A DNA stretch of 64,000 nucleotides from Chrysomallon squamiferum (lineage: Eukaryota; Animalia; Mollusca), in contig CM022672.1 of the NCBI GenBank assembly GCA_012295275.1, positions 7,750,001 through 7,814,000 on the forward strand, in the 5' to 3' direction. The position numbers and the translations under genes were made by a program. This document shows positions 22,571 through 47,205 of the stretch, piece by piece (position 1 is the first letter of the stretch; each line of letters starts with the position of its first letter). The notes beneath the pieces are model-generated. The model saw only the letters and a program-made list of their open reading frames with translations. It was not told the DNA's origin and ran no database searches.

Positions 22571-25110
22571 GGTGAGAATTCTTGATGACAAAGAGAAGGT
22601 GAAACGTTTACAGAAAGGTCACGGAGAGTGGACTAAACAAATGAGACAGGTCAGATTGACGTTAGATACAAACTAAAACATGACATGCATTTAGAAAATC
22701 ATTCTCTGTAATAGAATATATTTCTGCTTGTTTGTGAAGGTATGTACGTATGTACGTATGTATGTATGTGTATATCTGTGGATGCGTGTATGTGTTTAAG
22801 TGTGCATCTATGTGTATGTATGTATGTGTATGTATATATATATTTGTCTGTGTTTGTATGTGTATATATGTATGTCCGTGTGTGTATATATATATATGTG
22901 TATGTGTATGTGTATATATATAAATGTATGTGTGTATGTGCGCATATTTTTATGTATACATGTATGCAACAATTGTAATGGTATCGAATTTCATTATGTT
23001 TTCTCGTATAAACTTTTAGTAGTTTTTGAAATGATTTTGTAGTTGAGCGTCCTAAGAAACTAAATAATAATAATAATATTGTCACATTGTTTTGTGTTTT
23101 CATGTATAAATATTTTAATAATGTTTTGAACGTTTATGTGTTTTGGTAAAGTAATAACCAATTTAATATTGTCACTTTCTGTTATTTTAAATTGCTGAAA
23201 TTTTCTTATAATGTCTGAAATGTTTATGTGTTTCAGTTTCTGGGTAAAGTTGGAAGAGTTGTCAAAGTTCTAGACGATGGTGATGTGGTTGTCAGATTTG
23301 GAATTTTACGCTTTTGTTATAATCCGGCCTGCTGTCTTCCAGCCTCGGAATCAGACCTGCCTTCAGATCCTTTAGGCTTGAAAGGACTTTTAGACAGTGT
23401 GGATGTAGACCTGCCTTCAGATCCTTTAGGTTTAAAAGCAGTTTTAGACAGAATGAAAGAAGACCTGCCTTCAGATCCTTTAGGACTTCTGTCTAAATTA
23501 GCAGAATGTAAACATTGATTAATGTTGTTTCTAGTTTATTGTTTCTTTGGAATAAGTTACATTTCCCTTTTTGTGAAATCTACATTAATATTTAAAAACA
23601 ATTTAATATATTAAATAACAAACAACTATATCTCTAAATCAACCATCGTGTCAAAAATTCATCAAAATGAATTTTTTAATAATATTTTTCGCTAAATAAG
23701 TGATGATTATAGTATGCTAAGGCTTTGAGAACCACGATTTCTTCAGCATATAAAATATATCTGTAATATCTGCAGTTATATCTGTAACATTTGTTTTCTG
23801 GAATTAAAGTTGTATTAGTAATAAATGCATTGATAATAATATCATTTGATAAATTATTTACCACACTGATGTCATTTAGGGCTATTTATGAAGAGGTCTA
23901 TAATGAGTTAGCTGTAGGCACGTTTATAGCATTAAACAAATCGACCATCTAATGTTAGAAACTCTGAAATCTGCTATCTTCATCAAACATTATTTGTATA
24001 TTCCCCAGCGTGCAAACAATCTCTGGAGAATCTGTCTGCGAGTTAAAGCGACTAAAGCAGACGGTGCAGATGAATTTCTGACCGCTCTTAAAAAATCTGA
24101 TGTTGATGAAATCAAGAAGATTTTAGAAAATATCCCTTTCTAGTAAGTCAAATAATATTAATATTGTAATATCACATACAAATAATCTTAACTTTTGAAC
24201 ATGACTGAATGCTGCAATTAAAGAAAGCACAGAAAATGTATTTTAATAGGACTTTTCAAATATTTTGAGATTTAATTTGAAAAGTACTTAAATATATTTT
24301 ACATATTCTTTAATATAGAAATTATTAAAGAAAAACGTTTTTGATTGACTAAGCACAAACTGCTTTTAATTCCAGATGAAATGTCAACCAGCTAATGGCG
24401 TCACTCTTTTACACGCTGCTGCTGATAAAGGAAAACTTGAAGTTGTTAAGTTTCTGTTAGACAAAGGGGCAGACATTGATGCGAGGGACTCGGACGGACA
24501 CACTCCACTTTTACAGTCACTGGACAAGTAAGGTTTACTGAATTAAAGTAAATTAGAGATTTTTATTTGAGAAAACCGGAGAAATGAGAAATATTAATCT
24601 TAATTTTGAAGGTAAACGTTTATGAATTAATGATCAGAGTCTGCAAAAAATGTAAATTTAATGATATTACATATACAGCTATGGTTATCTGTAATGAAAA
24701 TATAGATTTACAAATGGATCAGGATATTTTTCCTCCAATCGAAATATTTTGTGAACCAGCCATCCAAAACGTTTTTATTTTCTTTTTATTTTTTTATTTA
24801 TTTTTTTTATTTATTTATTTATTTATCAAATACTAACTTTCTGTACCTCTTTGAAACATCAAACTATAGGAGACACCTGGATGTTGCTAATTTTCTAATA
24901 GAAGCTGGGACGGACTTTATGCAGTCGACGACAGCGATCTGACAGTTTTGCATTATGCCGTTCACGCTGGAGACCCGCCACTTGTACATGACCTGATGAG
25001 GAGAGGATGTGACGTCAATGCTGTGGTAACTTATCCCCATTCTGAAACAAATAATAATAAAAAAAGATATAAATAAATCAATTAAATAACGAAGGAAGCG
25101 AATAAAAAAA

Positions 25111-25165
<55 letters not shown>

Positions 25166-25896
25166 ACGTGTGTGTGAGTGTGTGTAGTATGAATTCACAG
25201 ATAAGCAAAAAACCAACAAACAAACAACAAACAGATGATCAAAAACACGTACACACAAACTGACATGTATTTAAAAACACCAGTGAACACAGAATCACAT
25301 ATAAACTTATTTTCAGTTCACTTTTAACAGTCAAACTGAACAGAACAAAGACAAACAAATGAATTTAGAAGGAACTGATCCTACAAGACATACAAACATA
25401 TATATATACATACATACAAATTCATACATACATACATACATACATACAGAGATACATACATACACATTCATACATATACACATAATGCATACAAAATATA
25501 CTTATAAAGACACATACACAATTAGACACATTCATACTACATACATAGACATTGCTATACACATACACTAAATTCATGCAATCAGTTTTCATTTAGGATA
25601 AAAAAGGGAATACTCCACTCCATTTTGCTTTATATGCAAATCAATTTTCCTGTGCTGAAATACTTCTGACTTCACCAAACCTGGATCTGACCATCACTAA
25701 TAAGAATGAATTGAACCCTCTTCACTTGGATGCGTTGGTTGGAAAATCAGGGTAAAATTTCTTCGTAATATATTACTGATTAATCTTACTTAAATTTAAT
25801 TTATTGATTTTATAAATTTATTCATATGATCTAAAATTTAAATAGAAACTATATTTATAATTTTCACTCTTGATCTTCAGAGAGAGACAGACAGAC

Positions 25897-25975
<79 letters not shown>

Positions 25976-26527
25976 GGAATATAAAAATTAACTCAAAGAA
26001 ACAGTTTAAAAAGTCATTCATTGTTTTGATTAACAGAGGAAGACTGACAAAGAAAATTTTAAAAAGAAACAAGGAACTTCTTAATAAACAGAACAAAGAT
26101 GGGCACACAGCTCTTCATGGTGCTGTCGTAAACAATCATAAACAAGAAGCTGAAATTCTTATCAAAGAGGTAAATACAGATACACACTTACACCACGCAT
26201 AGGTACACACAAACACATACATACACACACATACAAACACATACATAAATACATACATATCATTCACACACAAATCTATATATATACACATACATATATA
26301 CATACATAAATTCATTCATTCATTCATACATACATACATATATAGACATATACAAACATATGCACACACACATACACATTACACATTCATATAAATACTC
26401 ATATTCAAAGAAAACAACCGGACAAACACATGCTGAGAGAGAGATTAAAATACTAATATTAAAAGCAGAATACAGATACCTTTTCTGTCTGTTAACAGTA
26501 TTTTTTGATAATATTATTAATTAATTA

Positions 26528-26584
<57 letters not shown>

Positions 26585-27277
26585 GTTATTTAAAAGGGTG
26601 CAGATGTTAACATCAAAGATAAAGAAAACGAGGCTACACCTCTACATTTTGCTTGTAAGAAGGGACATTATTTGTTAGCTAAAATGTTCTTATCAGCAGG
26701 TAAATTGTTTTTAGCTTTTCATTTCTCATTTCTTCACTTTGAGAGTATCTATCTGAGTATACACCATCTAAATACCTTCACATATCAGTATTTACGTAAT
26801 TACAAAAACATATACTATGATATACAAAATATAAACGGTAACATGTGCATCAATACACTAATATGTAAATACATATAAAACACATACATAAATACATGAT
26901 TCATACATCTATATATACATGTACTTGTACTCAGTATATGTTTTCACTACAGTATTTGTCTCATCTATCTGAATTTTGATTTGAACGTACATGCCTTGTT
27001 ATGATGTCTGTCCTGATTATTGTATTTATCACAATTAACCAGTGTAATCAATAAATTTAACTATAATAACAACACAAATAAACATAAACACTATATTTTT
27101 TGAACTGTAACAACAACAGGAATAAAAGTAAACACTACCTTTCTTAAACTGTAATTAAAATAACAGCACAAATAAACTTAAATACTACCTTTATTAAACT
27201 GTTACTATAATCAGTATCATTATTGTTTAACAGTCTTATTCATCATCATCATTACCATCATCATAATAGTTCTAGTA

Positions 27278-27321
<44 letters not shown>

Positions 27322-27737
27322 ACATTATTATTTTATTACTATTATGAAGGAGCCGAGGTGAACGCAGAAGACATTAATAAAAATACACCTCTACATACCG
27401 TCATGAAAACCTCTGAAAACAAGGAAGATGAAGACAGTTCAGACGATTCAGATGACGAATTGCTACCAGGATTAGTAAGATAACAATACAGTTTTTTTCT
27501 TATCACAAAAAATATAAGAAATATTTTAAAAATATATTTTACATTAGTTTAAATAACGACCTCGTAATTTAAATAAAACCGGTAAACGAAATGAGACATT
27601 TTAAGTCACATGTCAGGTTTATCAGTTTAATTGTCAACTGGGTTCATGTTTAGTTTGAACGTTCTATGTTCAGCAGGGCAAAGAACTAATGAAGAATGAA
27701 AAACATGATAAGCAAGAACAACACAATTGATAATAAA

Positions 27738-27802
<65 letters not shown>

Positions 27803-27859
27803 GAAGAAGAAAGAAGAAGAAGAAGAAGAAAAAGAAGAATGAATGAATGAATGAATTTA

Positions 27860-28330
27860 TCTTTTTGATTTTCATTCTTTCTTTCATACTGACAATTTTT
27901 ATATATGTAGCTAAAGAGGTCACCTCAGTGTGCCCGCACCTGTTGTTATATGTTACTGAAGCAGTCAAGGATAACAAATGATGAAACAAAACGGGGTTAC
28001 AGTCTAGTTTATTTCTCAAAAGACCAACAATGGACTTATAACATTTCATAGTCCAACAAAATGGGAGACTGAATTGTTATGTATTACTGAAGCAGTCAAG
28101 GATTTTTCTGGTTGACAAATGCATGCATGGTATACATCTGGTAAAATTGTTCTGGACTATTCTCAAAAGTTCCATCACAGAAGTAGGTGTCCGCATTTGA
28201 AAGGTGTCTTAGGTTATTCTAAATCTGTAGCCAAAGTAAACCGAACTGTAACCATCCTGAACATTGGGCACAAATCAAACATTTACTTGAACGTTTGCCA
28301 TTCTGTATAATTTGTATTTTGACCGGCGGG
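27860..28330. repeat. Unclassified ~470-bp intronic insert shared by copies 2 and 3
   Basis: Near-identical to 41385-41850 and absent from copy 1. Internal repeat TTACTGAAGCAGTCAAGGAT occurs twice. No recognisable protein. Confidence 0.6.
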
Positions 28331-28546
28331 TTTATACTCATTTGTTACTTGTACATAGATATTTTATTCTACAATTCTAAACTCTAAATGAAATTAACTT
28401 TCATATTTTTCATCTCACTGCTATCGATATATAAATAAAAGAAAAAATTTTCTATCATCCCAGTCCCCATTACAAGATATTTCATATTTTTCATCTCATC
28501 CATCTATATATCTATCTATCTAAGAATCTATCTATCTATCTATCTA

Positions 28547-28596
<50 letters not shown>

Positions 28597-28920
28597 CAGA
28601 AAAGCTTCTTAAAGAAAAAAATCTTAAAGGAAAACGTCAGTGTACAACGTCGTATTCAACTGGCCACTCTCCTCTTGGAACACGGAGCAGACGTCAACGT
28701 CAAAAACAAAGATGAAAAAACACCACTTGATGTCTGCATGAACCAGTCTTTGAAGAAAGCCGTCGAAGATTTTCAAACAAGGTTGTAAAGTAGATAATTG
28801 TTTTCTTTTTTTCGTTTTCTTTTTTACCCTTTATTTTTGTATTTTAACGATATATTGATTGGAAAATAAAAGTGGCTTGTACTCATAAATCTACAAACTT
28901 TCAAACTGTCATTTACAGAG

Positions 28921-29049
<129 letters not shown>

Positions 29050-31456
29050 ATAATTTTGGAAACAAAACGTTGTTACTTTCTAGTTAATGTTTCAGAGGTA
29101 AGACAGAGAGTGGTGAGACAGCTGAATGTTCTCCAGGATCTCTGCTCTGTTGTGAATGTTTCAAACGAGAGGCCGAAGTCCAATGTTTATCATGTAAACA
29201 GAAGATGATATGTAACGAATGCGCTGAAGTCGTGAAAACTTGTCCAATGTGTCCAGGTAAATTAACACAAAGATAAAGTTGAGAGAATTAGTTTACATGA
29301 TGTAAATAGCCGATATAATGATAATGGTTTTGGGATATATAATTACTGATATTCTGCTGATATATAATTACTAATGTTCTGTTGATATATAATTACTAAT
29401 GTTCTGTTTATATGTAATTACTAATGTTATGTCGCTATATAATTGCTTGTGTCCCATAGATATATAAGTAGTATTAAACTTCTATTGACATATAATTACT
29501 GTTGATATATAATCACTGATATTCTGTTTGATCTGTAATTACTAATATTCTAATCATATATAATTAACAATGTTCTATTGATATGTAATTACTAATGTTG
29601 TAATGACATATAATTTACAAAGTTCTGGTGATATATAATTACTGGTGTTCTGTTCATATAAAATTAATTGATATATAAATACTGATGAAGAATGACATAG
29701 AATTGCGGATGTTCTATCGACATGTAATAAGTTGAGTCCTATAGATTTGTAATTACAGATTTTACATTTTTTAGTTTCAGAAATTGGGGAAACTGCGGCA
29801 TCTTCGTCGACTATGTGAGCTGAGAGAAAACAGAAGAAATATTACAGTGATTATAATTCATTGTGGAGATCCAGTGCATAAAAGACATGAGTGTGTAGAT
29901 ACTGTTGTTATCTCAAGCAGAGTTCAGTTCTGTTTCTATTCAGTAATACATCGTTAGAATATACATGAGTTTTTATCTGCTAATGTAGCTATATTATTTT
30001 GGGATTTTTAATTATTGACTTTTTTGTGTGTTTTCAATGATTATTATTATATATATATATATGTTGCTTAAAAGAATGGTGGAAAAATTCTGTATATTAA
30101 TGTAAAACATTCTCAACTTCTGACGAAAAAATCTTTTGAAAGGAATTTTCGGTTCACCTTTTTCGGACCTCTCCTTAAGAGACAAGCATTTTCACAGACA
30201 ATCAGACTTTTTTCATTATTTTTGTTTTTATTTTATTTATATAAATATTTTTGTTTAGACTTACTAACCACTGCAGAGGATTTACGAGTATTCGTGAATT
30301 ATATAAATATATATATACGTTTAGACAAATATTTCCTATATTTTATTATATTACAAAAATATACAGTCATAGAACTATCATTAATTATTCACAAAATAAT
30401 GTACTTTCTGATGGTAGGTTTTATTACTTTATGCCGGATTTACATTCTAGTTACACTTAAAAAAAAAATTTCCCAGTGTTTTTAAACTGGGTTATTTTCT
30501 AGAGACGATAACCGAAACAAGGACGCTGTGTCAATCAAGCTTAGAATGTAAAATATATGTATTTAAACCACTGTTTTAATGACTTCTGTGTCGTCCGCTC
30601 TGTTTATATATATCTACGAGACTGTTTAAAACTGCGACAACTGATAAAACCAGAGATGTAAGCTGGTGTCCTCATAAATCAGTGTGAAATTTAACCTTTG
30701 GTGAATGTGATGTAATAATTTGTTGTTTGTATTTCTTAATGACTATTTTACATTATTTGTTGTTAGATTTTATTAATAACTGGGAACATCTTTAGCAATA
30801 TTCTTAAGCCGTCCAAACATTTTAAAAAAATTATGACAGCTCAGACTGGGAGTTTACTAATTTGACCTGTGTTAAATGTAAGAAGGGAATGCGTTGTGTA
30901 ATTCTAATGGTTCAACTAACTAAACAAAAAAAGTTGACTATCATAAGCTTTAATACAAGAAGAAAATTTAGTTTTATTTTGTGTTTTGACTTTTCTTGAA
31001 ATAAAACATTTTTCTAGTGTGTAAATGGTGTTATAATTGAGTGAGTAATTTATGGACAATAACTATAACTATATATAGTTTTTTTCTTATTACACACACA
31101 CACACACACACATATATAAAATACATACACATATACATAAACATATACTTAATAACCATAATCAAGAAAAACTCCACACAAGTCCGTAGATCGTTTATAG
31201 GTCACGTGACCACTTTCTGTCGTATTTAACTGTTTTGATATTTGTTTAGACCAGTTTTCTTAAACATGCAACAATCGATTGAGACCCATAGGGACAAAAG
31301 TAAAAAAGAAACTAATAAATTTATAATAATCACAAAGCGTCAAGTTTGGAGCAGGTAGTACACAGGTCACAGACATTTTTCACTTATAAATATTTACACA
31401 TACAGTTCAGTCAGATTCTGCTAATCCGAACAACGAGTTTTATGATGAATGTGATG

Positions 31457-31540
<84 letters not shown>

Positions 31541-32014
31541 TCACTGTAGCACAAATCTATAAAATATAATTTGAAATATCAGAGGTTACTCAATTACAAC
31601 GATAAAATTAGAATCATGCAAGAAAAACAAATGAACATAAATAGGTAAATAAATAATAAAGACGAATAAATAAATAGGTAAATAAATAATAAAAATGAAT
31701 AAATAAATAATAATAATAATAATAATAATAAGAAGAAGAAGAATAAGAATAAGAATAATAATAATAATAAAAATAATAATAAAAAAAAAATAAAACTACA
31801 TTTCACCGTCCGTTTTCATTTAAAAACATGAATCACCAGATGAGTGGAAGCGGATAAACGCGGACAGCTACTTACCAGTGAGAAACAATTGTTTGATTCG
31901 TCATGTTCAGTGAGATTATTTATATTTATACAACTCAGTCAGACAAAGAAAGAAAGAAACGAACAAACAAACAAACAAACAAACAAACAAATAAATAAAC
32001 AATCTGTTAATTTG

Positions 32015-32154
32015 CTTCCGGTCGTGGGCTGTCTAAATTTAGCATACATTGACGGGTTTTCCAAGTTTTATTTATAGATTGCAGCTTGGGTTTCAATTTC
32101 CTGGAAAGATTTTGAAAATACATTTTGTTGAGAAAATCTGTTAATTTTATACAG
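32015..32154 (+). promoter_or_regulatory. Putative proximal promoter of MIB2-like copy 3, with overlapping ISRE/GAS
   Basis: CTTCCGG at 32015-32021, GGGTTTTCC at 32054-32062, GGTTTCAATTTCC at 32089-32101 overlapping TTCCTGGAA at 32098-32106, donor CAG/GTAAGT at 32154. Confidence 0.5.
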
Positions 32155-32505
32155 GTAAGTACAGATAAGTATTAGATTTAAACAAACGTGTTTTGTGTAG
32201 AAGTGTTTAATTTCTATCCTAGTGTACAACGACGGCATAACTGTTTGTTAACAACGACACAAACGGCTTTTCAGATAAAACGTGACCGAAACTAAATTTT
32301 ACTTCTTTCATCTTAACGAAAATATTTCACCTTAATTATTTTTACTTCTGTCTATATGTCTGAATCAAAATAATAAGTTAAGAATAATAACTTGATCATT
32401 ATTAAAAAAAAAGAGAAATATTTATTTGTATCTTATTTAAAGGTTACAAATTCAGTCTATAACATAAAGGTGTGGGTATTTCTACTGTAGTCTTAATCAG
32501 GTAAC

Positions 32506-43151
<10,646 letters not shown>

Positions 43152-44082
43152 GCTGAAAGAAAACAGAAGAAATATTACAGAGATTATAATTCATTGTTGA
43201 GATCCAGTGTATAAAAGAGACAAGTGTGTAGATACTGCTGTTATCTCAAGCAGAGTTCAGTTCTGTTTCTATTCAGTAATACATCGTTAGAATATACATG
43301 AGTTTTTATCTGCTAATGTAGCTATATTATTTTGGGATTTTTAATTATTGACTTTTGTGTGTTTTTTAATTATTATTATTCATTTATATATATTGTTTAA
43401 AAGAATGGTGAATAAATTCTGCATGTAAAATGAAAACGAAACATTCTCTACTATATGTAACCACTGTAGCAACTAACACTCACTTATTAAAATCAAGCAT
43501 TATTTATTTATTTATTTATTTATATTTATTCTATTTTTTTATTATTATTATTTTTTTTATTATTTTTATTGTTTTTTATATATATTTATTTCCATTATTT
43601 TTTTTAAACTTATTAAAACACTAATTTGCTAATCTGTCGCCATCTGTTTCTTTGTAAACATTTAAAGTTATAAATACAACATTGACAAAGCAATTTCCTC
43701 CTTGCTTCTCTCCGAGTTAAAAAAGCAAACAAACAAAAACTAACAAGAAATGCTATCCGCAACTAAGGTATAACAAGACAAAGCTGCTTAATTAAACCTG
43801 TGGTATTTAATGTGACATTTTAAAGAAATATTTGTTCTGGCCTCAAAAGAAGAAATCATAGAGAAATTCCTAGAGAAAAAAAAAATCATTTACGAACTGC
43901 TTGTTGAAGATTAACAACAACAAAAACAATAAAAAGAAAAAGATAAATCATTTTAAAGTGATCTTAAGTAAGGGAGGCAACTTCTGGTATCAATTTCCTG
44001 TGTGAGCCGCGCCCCCTAGCATTGGTCTGAGAACGTGACTGAGACGGTTAGGGGTAACTTCGGTCTTCATTAATCTCCACCC

Positions 44083-44327
44083 CAGGGGCAGATCTATTAT
44101 GAATCTAATAAAGTTTAAGCTTTCGGGCCTCTAATACCCCAGAAGCTGCTTCAATCTGCATTTCTTCAAAACAATCATCAAAATCTGTGATGTGTCTAAA
44201 TTTTTAAAACCTTTCGTGGAACATTGCCATAGAAATGATAAAAGCAGTTACCCAGACCTCGTTGTTGCTTGCGAAGGCCACATAACTGTTCAAGCTTCGT
44301 GGCCCCAAAATTGTAGATCCGTTTCTA
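44083..44327. mobile_element. Possible short MITE with imperfect TIRs
   Basis: CAGGGGCAGATCTA ... TAGATCCGTTTCTA inverted ends and an internal repeated AAGCTT..GGCC motif. No clear TSD. Confidence 0.4.
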
Positions 44328-46276
44328 ATTACAAGTGAATGCACAGAAATACACTGCTTTAGAATTATTATTGTTGGTGTTGTTGTTGTTCTAACTTTAA
44401 GAATGCATTAATTAAAATATAAAAGTTAAGACATAGCGTATATACTATATTTATAAAATGCCACCTTTTTGCTATATTTACATTAACATCTTCACAGCTG
44501 GTCTGGTCTGACAGTAACGGCCTGCAAAAAACAGACCCTAAAAGTATCGGTCACATAACTAAATATACACAAACCTAATGCAGACATATTCATTCATTTA
44601 TGATGGTTATTATTATATTACAATAAATGTTTATATCATATAAAATATTTGTATTACCCATCTATCTATGCATTATATATATACATTCACATATACAACA
44701 TACATATATATATATATATACACATAAATAAATATGTATGTATGTATGAATGTATGTATGTATGTATGTATGTATGTATACACATTTTCATACATACATT
44801 GTGTTATTAAACAGTTCAATATTCATTGTGTTATGGATTTAAATCTCCGTAAGAACTGATATCTATTCACTTTCTGATTGTCCTGGGATAACATTCGTAT
44901 AACATAATGGCATACGAGGCGTTAATTATTTTGAAACGGTCGCTAATTATATATTTATATAATCTTCGTATGATACTGCCATACGTTAATTTACTTTACC
45001 TGGGTGCTAATTTGAGACTCAAATGATCTTAGATAACCGAGGTAACCGAGATAAACAGTTCAATGTGATTTTCAATAATTTCATATTTCCTTTTTCAGCT
45101 TTTCTATCGGAGCTTAATATTAAATAATCTGTGATCCACGCGTGTCGTTATAACGTTTTTTAGGCATACATAAACCTGTTTCTTTATTATTCTGCTTTAT
45201 TATCACATTCTTTAGTTCGTTGGTATTTTAAGTACACCATTATTTCAAATACTGCTGCCTAATGCAAATAGCAATACGAATACAAAAGACGCTGACGTTT
45301 TCACATATGTTTAATGAGTGTACAGTAAATCAGTTATGAATAAATGATGACAGACTGGCTGGAAAAATGGATTTTTTTCCATAATCGTTATTGATGAACG
45401 CGTTCAAGCAGTAAATCTGCTGTGTGTGAATTCATAAATAAAATCTGATGACAACATCATTTCAACATATGAGTTTGGACAGCTTGGTATTACTTATTAA
45501 AGGTAGGTCTAACCTTTGCTAATAATAATATATGGCTATAAAGTAACAAATTGGCGAGAATATTTATCTCCGCCATTTTCTCTTCTTCTTTTTTTCTGTA
45601 TTGATATCTAGACAGAGAGATTTTGAACAAATAGATAACAAAATTTAAAAGCATTTTACTTAGTTTATTTGTTTAATTTATCATCGTATGTAGATTTACC
45701 AATAATAATTATGTATATTAATATACTACGAAAAGATAAATAAGAAATAAAAGAAAGAAGCGATAATAATGAAATCATCATCAAAACGCGGGCTTTTAAA
45801 GTAATTATTAAAGATTGGTTTGCTGCTTTACAAATGAAACAGCCATTTGTAAATATGTTGTTGTTGTTGTTGTTGTTGTTGTTTTTAATTTAGGCGGAGT
45901 TTTTATACTCTAAAACTAATAGTTAATCAGAGAATTATCTAGTGATAACAAGAGGACAGGATAATATCTATATCTATATACATATATAAATATAAAGGCA
46001 TTATTACTGTTTCCTTTATATTAAATAGCGAATTATGCATCTATCCTTTAGCTTGTATTTTATTTATATATTTTAATATCATCAAAGACTTTTTACCGAA
46101 TTTTAAAATATTTATATAACACAGAATTTTGTAAGATGTGTTTGTTTCTTATAACGGTCGTATACGTAAAGCAAACATTTGTTTCAGCTCTGTTCAGTGT
46201 TTAGTTATAAATCCGAATTACGAACTCTTGCAGGTTTACGTTCTTTTTATGGCTGACACAGTGTTGTTATGAAAAG

Positions 46277-46310
<34 letters not shown>

Positions 46311-46939
46311 TAACACACTGATATTGTACACGTTTGTTGGATTCATTATTGGTTTTAAAGAGGAAATAATCTATTTACTAGTGCGCCACCTGTTGGCGGA
46401 AGACAATGATTTAACAACTATTGAATAAATGTTATTTTTACGAATAAATTAAATGGTTCTTGTTTTGAATTTTATGTTAACGGTTAGCAGATCAATTATT
46501 TACGTTACTCGTAATGAGACTGCGAGACATGAAACAATTTCTGTCAGAGTTGAAAACAGGAATTAGTTTCAAACAGTCTGCTGGTGGGAATTGAGCATAA
46601 TACCTATTATACACCATGCCTATACATCTAACTGTGAGAAATTTACTTGATATTCCATTTTGAACGTGGCCGAGTTCATTAATAGATATTTTAATATGTT
46701 TTCCAAATCTGCGGTCTTATTAAATACAGAAACTTATCTACAAATTTTTTGTTCGGATGTGTTTAATTCAGTTAATCTCATGTAGTCATTAGTAATTGTT
46801 AGTACAGTACTGTAAAGTGCAATACTAAATATATTTCATACCTTTACAAACAAGGTTTTTTTTTTTTTTTTTTATTTATATTTTTAATATGGACCTGTTG
46901 AGGGATCTTTCTTTCTTTTATTTATTTATTTTTATTTAT

Positions 46940-47003
<64 letters not shown>

Positions 47004-47205
47004 TTTATCTTGGAAATAACAACACTGAGAAAGGAGTAATGACAACCTATAAACATCAGTTATATTTTATTATCAGCAAAGGTTAGCAATCAGTTAAATA
47101 ACACTATGCATGTTTTTTGATGTTACTTATTAGTCCATTCATGGATATTTATTATTATTTTATTATTAGTGTCTTTTCTCTAATATTTTCTTTTATTTTT
47201 AGACA

